From Fimbriosthenelais zetlandica (taxonomy: Eukaryota), in NCBI GenBank assembly GCA_977030845.1, contig OZ365113.1, positions 20,026,001 to 20,090,000 on the forward strand: a stretch of DNA of 64,000 nt, given 5' to 3'. Position 1 is the first letter of the stretch. Each line of letters opens with the position of its first letter. This document shows positions 27,386 through 40,030 of this stretch, one piece after another. The position numbers were made by a program, and so were the translations under genes. A model generated the notes under the pieces. It had not been told where the DNA came from and searched no databases. It was given only the letters and a program-made list of their open reading frames with translations.

Positions 27386-30300
27386 AGTGTGGGAATCAGC
27401 ATGGCTGTCTGTGCCGGCGGTGGATGAATACGGACGAAGACACCTTGTGTAATCTTACCGCAAACACAGACAGACGCAAAATAAATCAGCATCGCCGACA
27501 GGATAACACTTAATTTCATTGACATCAGCCCTGTGAGACCCGACACATCTGGTGTAGTTCTTTGGAGAGGTTGGGTGGGGGCATAACTCAATCAATAGGC
27601 CCTACTGCACCCGCCCCACTGTCACTTGCTCGTATTGTCCCAAAAATATAGCCTGCTCGATCCGAACTCCTCGGTATTTTCATGGCAAAACTTTTTTTTA
27701 AAGTATCCCAATGGGGACAACTTTGATGAAAACTCGCTGTAGCCTATACATGTTTTAAAAGAGTGATTCAAGTATGAAAGTTATGATAGTTTTCGTAGGA
27801 AATGTGGAAACATTCCAAAAAACTGTATACTCCTCCAGGATTTAATGGATAGCCATGCTCCTGCTTTGGCATATCGGACCCATTGCAAATGGGAGAGGAG
27901 AAAGGAAGGCCTACGGATATGGGTCTTGAGTTTTTGCATGTATAGTCAACTTGAAGTCATTATTCATATGTAATTATTGGTATACTGTATAAAGTAATTA
28001 GTCCTAATTAAATTAAAACAAAGAAGCTGTCTTTCTTACTCAAATAAAACCCACTAAGTATATAGTTCACATTGCATTATCAATCTGAAAACACCAAGTC
28101 TCTACCAACAGTATACTTCGTGGATAATGTAGGAGTTAGTATTGTCATAAATCTTTCAACTAAAGAAGATGTGAAAATGCTTATGAACAAAGTATGGTAT
28201 AGGTGGAAAGTTGAGGCAAGGAGCAGAAATGCTGCTCATGCCTATATGCTAAGAGTTGAGTGGAATTCGTCCCTTCTTGTACGTAATGAGAGTTCTGCAA
28301 GAGCTTCACTGAGGGGCCATCATAAAGAAGGCCCAGAACAGTGAAGTATTTGCCCTTCAATAGAGACACGTCTGTCAGAGTTCCCACCAGCCACACACCA
28401 ACCACAGCCTTTCGGATATTGTGGAAAGAAATATAGTCTATAGGCCTACGTGTCGGAAACATTGTTCATGAAATAACAGTTTGAAGTATTGCAAGAAAGG
28501 AATCTGTCTCCTTAGGTCTGAAATTTTAGAAACATATTGCTTCTTCACTCAACGTGCAAAAAGCACAATTATATGTAAGCCTAATGTGTTTATTCCTCCA
28601 CAAGGACGAACCTCTGCCCGACGTTTCGCAAGTAAAGGTTAGCCCAGATGAAGGATTTCCCTACTTTTTATGAGTCCAATAAAATAAACATAAGCCTTCA
28701 ATAAATCCACCTTTTTACGTTTCACTTTATAACCTAATAGGTGTCGTAGGTAGGACATAAAGAAGTGGGGAGAACTGGACAGAAACCGAAGGAATGAGTG
28801 AAAGAAAGCAAAACGGAAGTCCCTGCATGAGAGATGCCATGTTGACAAACAGATAACTTCCGGTTGCCCCGTGCTAAGCTTGATATACATGTTGTTTCCG
28901 AAGCTGTTGCCGAAACAGGAAGGATCTGATGATGGTGGCAAACGAAAAGGTAGCGCCCTATAGAGCAGTCGCTATGGAGACAGAGAGAAAAGCCACATTT
29001 AGTTAATGTTTCTCTCAATTGAGTAGCTCTATTATGGACAACACCTGCGGCCAGGCGAGGATTTCCCCATGCAAGATAAATTGATGTTTCATGATTTAGT
29101 GTTCTAAATACTGCTGTAGATCTTCTATAGAGTTTTAGGCCCAACCACCTGCGCAAACCCTGGCGTTTCCCCGGCAGCAGAAACAGCATATAGCTAGGCA
29201 ACAGCATCATTTTTTATTCCATCAAATGACGCAGAGACTATATGCACAAGTTTGGGAGTTTCTAGTCTTTATAAATGTGATGGGCCAAAACCTCTCTTGC
29301 ATTTTGAAAGGAAAAGAACTAGATTTCTTGATTTCAACGGTTACAGTTTGAAATTCCAAATTTATATCAAAACATTGGCTTCATAAAAAGTATAGGACCT
29401 GCACGTATTCAATATTACGGATTGTGGACTTTTCCATTGTCTTTTCTATGTTTGACTTGAATTCATGTGCCATCTCATAGGGGCGTCTGCACTGCAACCA
29501 TTCACATTTGTTTTATAGTTCAGTAAATTTCGCATATGCAGGCTAGTACTTAAGGGCATACATATGGCCATATATAGGTAGGATTAAGATAGCAATTACA
29601 TTTTGCTGAGACTCATAGGAACGATTTCAGATTAAGTAACTGCATGAGATCCACATCCAAAACACATTTGGGAAGGGATTAACAGAAAATACAATTTAGA
29701 AAGTACTTCATGGCGTTCCATCGTCTAACGAGTTCCTTTCCACCCCTGTCCTCCTGTTTGCCCACCATATCGTATTGACTCAGGACCCTCGGGTGTTGAT
29801 TCAGATGCGAACCACATCAATTTTATATTTATTCATCTTTATCTTCCTTTGGCCTCTGGGAGCTTCGACAAGCAGATCTTTACTACCATTTAACCCATCT
29901 TCCCTGGGTGTTCCACCATATATACAATAGTGGTATACAATATGCCGGAATCGCAAGCAAATGCATGGCTGAATTTTAAATAAGCTATAAAGGCCTATAC
30001 ATGTATATATTATTATGGATCCACTTGGAATGATGGCATTTAAGAATTGATATATTCGTCTATATAGAAACCATCTTGATTAATTGTGGTCTTCGTGCGA
30101 TGGTCTCATTCATAGCATCACATGCATAGAATGATCCGGTGTTTATTTATTACTGGAAAAAGAGACTTCTTCGCTTTAATGTATGGACCTTGACTCAGCA
30201 AAGGTCTTAGTTTCCTGATATCCCCTGGACTCTCCTGACGACGCTTGGAGAAGAGATAACAGTGCAGAATGCAAATCTGGATAAATGCCAGGGAAAGTTT

Positions 30301-33300
30301 TAAAACTTCCCCATCCTCTTACTTTTATCTTTGTTGAACCAGATGTTCTTTCATCTATATTGGACGAAGGAAAGAGTGTAACAAGGTTGAGCTGTTCACT
30401 CGGGCTAAGCGAGAGGTCGTTACAAAGCAGCTCAACTACCGGGGTTTATTATCTGTGAGCATTTTGAAAACCATACTTTTAACTTACCCAGACTGTAGCT
30501 ACAGAGTATATTATACAAACATATCACGTGATACACGATTATTTATGATAAACTGAATAATTATGCGGTGAGTTGATTTGATATACTTCTTTTTAAGACC
30601 ATGCAGAGTGGTGAGAAAGGCAATACAGATCCGAGGGTGTTGGCATATGGATATAAATCGATATGGAAGAACAACACCAGAAGTATAAAGACTATACATG
30701 TACATGTAAAGTGTGAAAGAAGAACTTAATCAGAGGAAAATACTTTCGTCCAGAGAAAGGGAAAAGAAAAGAAAATATGGCGGGTGTTCTGGAAATGGTA
30801 AGGATACCTAAACAAGTATAGCCCTGGCCTATGTAGCCTACATGTGCATGTGTGGGAAAAGCAGAGGGAAGGCCGATGGGAACGTCATGAGGATTAAGAA
30901 ACACCATGGGAGAGGCAGAAAAAGAAAAGGAGAGAGGAAAGCGGGGGATGGGGTCCCCTCCAGTTCATGCTGATTAATTTTGCATCTGTCCGGGTGGCCC
31001 AGGTGGCCTGTATTCAATATTATATTAACCCGAGTGGCACCGACCAGCCGTTTCCTCCTCTGGTTTGCCAGGCCGGATTTGAGTCAATCCTGAGCAAAGT
31101 GAGCAGCTGGGTATCAAACACTACATTTCCTCCCACAAGTAACTCAACATTCCATATTTGGTCATGAGTCACTGCATGACATTTGTCCAAAGGACATTCA
31201 TAGATGATAAGTGACAAATCTTGTTATATTCCATTCCAAAAGGAATAAAGTGTAGGGTTTGCATGTAGATGTCAGTGACATTGTGACTAGGAGCTGATAA
31301 TAATTAAGACTTAATGCCATAGGACTATGAACGTTCGCCCATCTATGAGGACGCCTGTCGTTATCACCAGAGACTGTTATCACCTGGAAGGGACACATCT
31401 ATGTTATCTAAGATGGACATGAGCTTATGATGATCTGTGAATAACAAAAAAATATACCCCCTCCCTGGGAAAATATCATTGAGGTTATTACACATGAGGA
31501 GGGTGATTAAAACCAGCTGTTGACACTGCTCACATAATGTCCTATAGTAGCAGACACACTAGGTCTAGGCTATACCGTGGCGTAGTATCTCTGGTCATAT
31601 AGGCGACTACAGTTTCATTTCGTCCAATTTGTAGTTAAAAATAATTTGCCCAGCACTATTTGGATGACTTCCTTTTGCATTCCATATAGGCCTACACTGG
31701 TCCTTCATTTCCGAACAGCTGACCAGTGACTTTCATATCTATTTCAACTTTTGAGTAAAAATCTCCAGGTGAAATTCTAATATACATGAGTCACACCAGT
31801 TGGAATATTACGAACCCCCTGGAAGAGCACTTTACACATAATTCTTACCATGACAAGCAAGATGAATGGTAAACAATAACGTCGTTTTAAAGCTGAGAAG
31901 ACCTATAGGCACAGCAACATGTCATGGACACTTACAACTCGCAACACTGAACCATTCTCGTCATTTTATAGACATTCAGAGAAACAGTTACAATTGGTTT
32001 ATTATCAGTGTGGCGGGTATGTCTTTGATCTTGGTTGTGTTAGTGATGAGTCTCATATGTTCAAAATACAAAACTTAAATGATTTATATTTGTTGCACAG
32101 ACACTTTTTCTTTAAAGTTAGCACACACTGGAGGCTTGCGACAAAATCGAAACGCCTACAACGCCAAAAAGGCAGAAGCATGGTTGGAACATTTGGATGA
32201 AAACATCTCGATATTTCATAGGACGCCTGGAACTACATAGTGCTGGTATACGTGTTCAGAAAGTAAATGGCCAAATTAGTCACGAGTTCAGCTCTACAGG
32301 AGGAGGCAATATGGGCTACACATGCCTGCAGTGTGCAAGTGCCTTTAGAGCAAGAAACTGTAAGAAGACTGCAGAGGGATCAGTGGTCAACAAGCAAGTT
32401 GAGACTTTTTGAACAGGGGATATCTTAATCCCTACTAAACCGCATCCCGTCTTTATGGCAGGTGTATCATTTTCTCATCCTTCTCTCATGTCTTTCTGTT
32501 TAACTATGCACCGATTGTTTTGGATTACGGTCGAGACCAGAACCCAATCAAATATGATGTCACTTGACACTTGCGAGCATTTCTTTACAAGGCCTTTCAC
32601 CGAGAGTTGATCTCTCTGAGTGCAGGCATTTGGAAAATGATAACAGACCGGCAGCATGATGGACGAGAGATATAGCGCATGGGCACAGACACATGAAAGA
32701 GGGCCCCCTGGTGTTTAGTTTGAGGAACTTGGGGAGCGCCTGGATCTGAGGATCAGGAGTGGGTGGAGGCCATGCTCCTCTGCCTCGGCGTGATTTGTGG
32801 CCGACCTCGGGCAGAGGGAATGATGCCTCTGCAAGGGGTGAGTTGCTCCGGAGTTGTGTTGGCTGGCAGTTGGTTTTAGTAACAAATAGTTGTTACCAGA
32901 TGCTCGTGGTCGGCTTGATCCAGCCCAGATGGTTGGTGGGAAAAGCCAATAGTCAAGCATCTGTCATAGCCCATCGACGGTAGGCCTACTGCCAACCATC
33001 CAGCCCCCAGAACGCAGGATACACAGCTCCGGAGTGAGTTTATGTCTTGCCTCTCTTTCTAACCCCTACCACCACCCCAGGATGTTCCCCTCATTCCACT
33101 GAAGCCCACTCCTGAGAAATGTTACATGATAAGATAGCATAATGATAAACATGTGCATGTCAGAGAGTATAGCATTGATGTTACATTATCAAGTGTTACT
33201 TATAATAATTATAAACGATGATGTAAACTTCCAATAATCGTTTGCTGACTGTCTATCATAACTGGCTATCCCTCTCGTATATTAAACATTTATGTACATT

Positions 33301-36300
33301 AAGAGGTTTGGGATTATTCAGGGGGTAGTCATGACGTAGGGTCTCCGGGGACATTTTACGTTGTAAAAAAGATAAGCAACATAAATGAATAAATTCAAAG
33401 CTTAATTCATACAGACAAATCTGAAAACTGTGGCAATAAAGCCAGAGAATCAAGGAACAGCTGACAGCGAAAGGAATAAAAAGATCGTCAAGATAGTTAT
33501 AGCAATGCCTCCAAACCATTTCCAGCCGTGTAAAGATAATGACACTTAGTGATTAAATTCCTGATAATATGGCTACGGTTGGTATAGGATGTTGGGATGT
33601 TGAGACTGCTTCCATTGGATCTCCATTGATTGTCGGGGAGGCCCCCAGCTGCAGACATGACCCCTGTTTCTCAAGGTCACCGCTTGTAATCAAGGCGCTA
33701 TGGGTACTCCCACACTTGTCCATACCTCTGCCTCCGGCCCTGATTAAGGGCGAGGGATGTGTCGGCGATAACCAATCTGTTCGCCTTGTTCCTGAGGTGC
33801 TTCAGGAAACTGTCAGCAGCATTTCAGATGACGGAAAAGGCAGGATAAAATGTTATTTCCGGAACTGGGAAATACATCAAGCATCCGGTTAACAATTATG
33901 ATTAGGCCTACCCATGATTATAATTAGTTCTTCGGTATTTGAATATTTTGCATATTGCATATGTTCAGCATATTGATATTTTGGAATCAGATATCTTAGA
34001 CTCAATTTAATGTTCCCTCTACCAATTTTCTGATTTTCTGTGTAACCTTCTGACATTTTCTCCACAAATTGCGAGCGTATGTGCCTTTCTAATAATTGCA
34101 CTAAAATAAGCACAAGCAATGATTAATAGCCTCTGTTGTAGATCATGCTGGGTGATGACTTGGTATGGTTCTGCTTTTCTAACTAACTACCTCTTACTGC
34201 TAAATGAGAAACCTATGACCATGCATACCTTCTTTAATGGGTCCAAGCCTGAAAATATGGTTGGCCACAAATGAATCACATGGTCTGACTTCAGCTGTGA
34301 CTTATACTAATCAGTGATGATTAGGTCCAGAATAGGAACTATTACAACTCATATTCTCTGTGCTAATATTATAATGTTCGGTACGGTATAGATAGAAAAG
34401 TCATATGTTCAGCTCATGGAGTCCGATCAGTTCAGTTGGGCAGGCTGAAGGGCGAGCACGGTGTCTCTACCATACAGATTTACGGGAATGATCACTTGGA
34501 CATCGGAAATGTGTGGTCTTGGACTAGCTGACTTTCTGCAGGCATAAAGCAGTGGTTTAAAATGTCGGACCGGACAACATGGGAAACAAATCCATGCTTC
34601 TTTGGCGGCCGTCTATATCGCTCTCCCTGCACTACTCCAGATGGTTCAAATTAGATGCCCTGCTCTGCCAGAAAACTTTTGCAAATGGAAAACAGGGGTA
34701 ATATTCGAGACGGTGGCCAGATGGTGCTTTGGTTTAGGAGAGGGTCCTGAGAAATGAGAAAGATGGACTGCCAGACGAAGACGTGCTCGGGTCTTCCCAT
34801 GAGTTTTAATAAGCTTTATAGCAATATCTCAGCTTTAAATACGGTACATAGATTATTTTGTTTTTGTTTATGCAAAGGCAATGCTTATCTGTGATATTTA
34901 TTCTCATGTAGCTAGTCAAATCCCGAAATATGATGGGATGTGGAACAGGCCAAGTCTAGCTAATCTGGGAGCAGGGACAGTGACTGTTATCGCAGTTTGC
35001 TGAATGTAATGTACATATCATTGCTTTTTCAACATACTTTGCTTTAACTGATGTTCATTTTCCCACAAGGACAAGACATTAATGGCATGTCGCTGACAAG
35101 GGATCCGAACATATATAGACATTTCAAAGGGCCTATATCTACTGGATTCATAATTTGGACCCAAAAGTCAAAGTTTTTAAATGGAAGGACCATTTAAACG
35201 AATTTGCCATCATGTTCCATTTTTAGATGACAGTGACCTGATATGGGCCTGGCTGCGCAACTGAGAATTTCATCAGGGTACAGGCAAGTTTGCTAAAAGC
35301 TGGGACGAAGCTAGGCTGCTTCCGATAAACCCGCTCCTGGGGTACCTTAGTTTGAGTTCCACTGGAACTTTGCATTCTTTTATCATAGTTGAAGTAAGAA
35401 ATCAAAAGGCAGTAAGAGCAATATTTCACTTCCTTTTTATGCATTCAAATGATATGGTAAGTCTATTAGGCCATGTTGTTCAGCCAAAGGTGTCCTGGAA
35501 CATGTTTACCGCTCCCTTCATCTTTTTCTTCCCTCCCCAGCTTCTCATCATGCTCATCCTGATCCCATACCAGATCCTCCTCCCACGATGAATTTACTCC
35601 AGGAGATCCAAGCAATGAGGACCACGTGCATCTCAGACCAGGATAGGGAGTGGGATGGAGAGAGAGCATCTTCTTCTTTACATGTTCCTGGAGGTGGCAG
35701 GTCTGGCCAGTCCTCCTGTGTGGCGCCATCAGTCTCCAGGGGCTGGCATGGAAACATCTGGAGCGGGTCTTGGGGAGAGAGGGGTGCGAGACCAGGGCCA
35801 GGCAAGTGGATACAGCGGGCAGACTTTAGGATAACAAACAGCCCCTAAGCAAACAGAATGCCGCAATCTGGGGGAGATCCTCCACGCCTGGCAGCCAGAC
35901 GGTCTCTGTTTCCGCTGGCGCCCGTTCGTCCAGCGGCCACATGGTGGCGACACTGAAGAGTGGCCGCAGCTGGCAATGCTTCCATTCTGCACCAGGGTCC
36001 CAGCTTGGAAGAATACAACAACAGCCTTAGTTCTATCATATCCTCTTGTCTACTTAGAGCTCTATATAATATCAATTTACCAACTGAAGTCAGCAAAGTC
36101 ATCGCTCACAATCACGTGCGATAATCAGAATGGCTTTGGATTTTCTCGCTTTTTGAATTACATAATCTCCAGAGTTCTTTATGGCCACCACTTTGTTTCT
36201 CCTAGTTCATAAAAACTTTATGCCATTCAGGAGTTCCCTCCTAAAAGTGGGACTAATTAGAAAAACCCTGGTCTGGGGTAATAACAGATAGAGAATCTTC

Positions 36301-38050
36301 CAGACTATTCAGCAGATATTAGGACAAATCATCCAGAGTCAGAGAGGATCTCAATGTGGCTGATCTTGGCGCCTATGTTAATGCCTGCTATATAGAGAGG
36401 TCTTTGATGAAAGCTGTCAGCCATCAGCTGCCTTCAATTCATGCTCAGTCCCACGACTATCTCAAAGGCTAGTGTTGTTAGAAGGTGTCAACATGGGATT
36501 CTCATTTCCTACAGATGATTAAAACAGGCTTCCAGCTTAATACCTGCAGTTACACCTCCCTGATCAAAGAGGACAGGCTTGTAGAAAGCACCAAGGAGCC
36601 TAAAGTTTTTAGTATTTCAAATATACCCACATCTGCTGAGAATCATTCCATTCCTAAAGAATACTTCAATGGAAGAGACGCAAAATAAAATCCTACATAT
36701 TATTAAGCGGAGAATGAATCCCAAGTGCCTAATCATTGAATGAAGACGGCATTTGTTGATCATTAAGATTATTTTATATTTATAAATAATCTAGCATCAT
36801 ATCTTATTCTCTATACGTGTTGTCAATGACAGCTGCTCTGCGAAAGACAGAGCAGCCTGAGCATTTATCACTTCGTCTACAATTGCATACAATACAACAA
36901 GGTGAATAGATCCTGAATGTGAATACAAGTCTGGCTTTTAAAGAAACTCCACATCAAAGTTCTTACTATCGACCGACCTTGAGCTCGTCATAAAAGAGTT
37001 CAAGGAGTAGAATAGCGTCAATAAATTTCCTTCAACACAAAAAGACAATGTGAATATCCGCAATCTGGCACTATGGATACCCAAGACAGTTCTGAACATC
37101 GTTCATCTGAGAAACAAGGCAATAAAATAGGGAGTCCTTCCAATGGATTCGGTAAACCACCTCAACTTGATCCCACTCCCAATATTTGCACCTGTGCAAA
37201 AGCCACTTGCACCTGCTATGATAAGGATGGCTAAGATCAGTTGGACGCAGGTGTGATTATTAAATGCCACCCACCTAAAACCTCACACAGAGATTGATTT
37301 TTCCACTCTTCTCCAACCACATTCATTACTGCCCTTTTCCCAACGAAGATCCTGGCCTATTCATTATGCAGTACTATTCAGCATGTGTTTACATTAACGA
37401 AACAGCTGCTCTCACTGGCAAGGAAGGGAAACAGTGCAGACCCTTCTGGACTGCTTAATCAAGCCTTGTAATGCATGGTAATTGGACATTGACAGTGTCC
37501 ATTTTCAAGTAAATGAGTAATCACAGCTATTCCTCCCTCATCTGGCTTTCCTCATTCGTACCATTTTCTTGATAGCGTCTAATTCTCAATTTGTGATTAA
37601 TGAATACACTAGATGCAGGCCCTACTGCAGTACAGCTCTATCTGTATGGGCATATTATCTTCTAATCAACTTTAGTTCAACCATTCCTAAGCTTTCTGCC
37701 CATTCATGTGAGCTATAGGCCATATGGGTCCTATAGTCTCAAGGCCAGGAATTTGTTCATACCTTAGCTTTCACTGATTACGAAAGAACATGACGGATTT
37801 TCAAATGAAAAAGTTTACGACAAAATTAGCCACCTTGGGAAATGGTGGAGATATAATATTATATTTCCAAATGGCAAAAAACGATGGCAAATTGAAATGT
37901 GTGATGAAACAGTAGGCTAAAATCTTAAGCTCTGGCGATCACTAATTATTGGTTTGTCATCGGACAATTCGCCCCAGAAGAGGCGGTTGTCCTATGTTCA
38001 TTGCGAATGAAGTCCCCAAAAAGTGGTTTGTGAGAAAATATGTCTGTAGA

Positions 38051-38134
38051 CCATGAATAAAATATAGCAAATTTCAGGACAATATCAAGTCGCCATGAAT
38101 AAAATATAGCAAATTTCAGGACAATATCAAGTCG
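38051..38134. repeat. Perfect 42-bp tandem duplication
   Basis: ccatgaataaaatatagcaaatttcaggacaatatcaagtcg x2. Confidence 0.95.
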
Positions 38135-38404
38135 TGTGAGCCTCGAATGGGATTCCACACATAATAAAATTATAGGCCTGTTCTCGGGTCTATAGGCCTA
38201 AGCCTATAGCACTGAGGTACCGGTATATTGCATTTGATCCAAGTCCATCTTATCTCGGGATGCCTTTATCAGTGAAAGAAGGGCTCCACTGGACAAGACG
38301 TCGAGGAAGTCAAGGCAAGTTCGGGGAAAAACGACAAACTTCGCTTCACACAAACCAGAACCACTTTACAAGGAACAAGAACGCAGGAACCATTACCAGG
38401 ACGG

Positions 38405-38565
38405 GCATGTGCGCATGCTCAGATGCGGTGTCTCACCCTGGTGACCGGCTTGATTACGACCACTGTGAAGCATGTGAAATAACGCAGACTACACAAGCTG
38501 TGTTGTATCGGGGCCATTAGGGGGCGTGATGAATGACGTAGGGTGTCACGTGGGCCACGTGACAC
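38405..38565. promoter_or_regulatory. Dense regulatory module: NRF1-like, CTCF-like, CRE-like and palindromic double E-box
   Basis: GCATGTGCGCATGC 38405-38418; CCATTAGGGGGCG 38514-38526; TGACGTA 38534-38540; GTGTCACGTGG-G-CCACGTGACAC 38543-38565. Confidence 0.45.
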
Positions 38566-39889
38566 AGGCCAGTTCCGGAGGCGATAACCAGCCCTGGAAG
38601 AAATCTTGTAACCAAGGTAACTAAGTTTATACCGGTTAGTTGTTCCACCAACGAGGCCACAACTATTCCCCTCCCCCTTTTCATGTAGAAAATAAAGTTT
38701 TTATGATCATTTTATATAATATTAGGTGTGTGTAATGACGAGGTCCTGTGAGAAACGGGACATCAAGGACAAGGTGTTTTGGGGGGTATCCTGAGAAGGC
38801 ACCATATGGATGTAGGGAAGAAAAAGACGTGGAACCCCAAGGCTTTGTAAAGATCTGTTTTAAGAAACAGAAAACAGTTCCAAAAATTACTCATGCCGTT
38901 GCATGGGGTTCGTCACAACGTTTCTGCATGCTCTCTTTACTTCCGTTTACAACAATTTTCTTTTCACTACAATAAATTTCATAGTGGTGCGTTTGCCCAC
39001 GGATTTTTCAAGTGGGGTACTTTCTACGTCTTATCTTTGTGGAGAAACGCAATGGGAGGAAAGGAAGAGGTTTTATACTTTGAAACAGCTCACACGTTCA
39101 ACCAACTGTGCACCACTCCCTAAACAAACTCTACCCCTCGTGCCAGTCTGTCTCCATGGTAAGCCCTCTTCCCCTGGAGAAACTCACCAGACGACCCAGA
39201 CCTCCTCCAGGCGTGACAACCACACCCTGGAGGAGCGGCCTTTTTCTACTCTACCACCAACACTGACTCCATGGAACTGGATCCATAATCAGTAACATTG
39301 TGCTACCTATAACTATTGATGAAATGGGAATTTAGGCTACATAGGCTAATTCAATAAAACCACAACGTTGAATTATTGATGTTTTTTTTTCATTTTTATA
39401 CAAAATCATTTCAAGTGTATAGGCTCTCATTTTATGCGGATATACAAGTTTAAAATTTTACTAGGGGCATATAGCTTATACTTTCTCCTACTTTGGATGC
39501 CCAAACCTTATCTTAACATAATCCAGATCGAACTACTCTCATTTGATAAGCATCTGATGGACGAGACGTCCCACAGGAAAAGAAAACACTATAAGATTTC
39601 ACAGCCTGACATTTTAGAAGAGACTTCGGTTTAAGTATACAAAAAATCCAACATCACTTCGATACACAATTCGTATTTGAGATTAAATATGAATGTGTTA
39701 TAGCCTTAGCCTATACAACAGCATTAATCGCAATTGTTTACCCATATTAAAGCGATGAAATATGAAACTGCCCTTTTCGAAAGGAAACCCTTCATGTGCT
39801 CAAGGCACTGTGTTGCCAAGATACTGTTATGGAGATCATTTGTGGTCAATTCTTTAGAGGGCCCTCTTCCTCCAGTAGGCAGTACAATC

Positions 39890-40030
39890 AGACACCCCCG
39901 CGACCCACGTACAATCTCGCGAGAGCAGGTGGTTCAGGAGCGAGTTGGGACAAAGCCCGGGGTCACGTGGTCGATGAACACCTGCGCGCGCACTTAAAGG
40001 TAGCTCAGCTTCAGAAGACAAGCGCAAGTC
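39890..40030. promoter_or_regulatory. CpG-rich promoter-like patch with TCTCGCGAGA and GGTCACGTGG motifs
   Basis: TCTCGCGAGA 39915-39924, E-box 39961-39970, GCGCGCGC run; no gene could be attached. Confidence 0.4.

Noticed and set aside
36515-36570. MIKTGFQLNTCSYTSLI, resembling a PPR repeat junction
   Set aside because: A single partial match with no adjacent repeats.
37073-37234. 53-aa ORF ending PNICTCAKATCTC, reminiscent of a metallothionein N-terminus
   Set aside because: It has only four cysteines, placed at the C-terminus, whereas metallothioneins are Cys-rich throughout.
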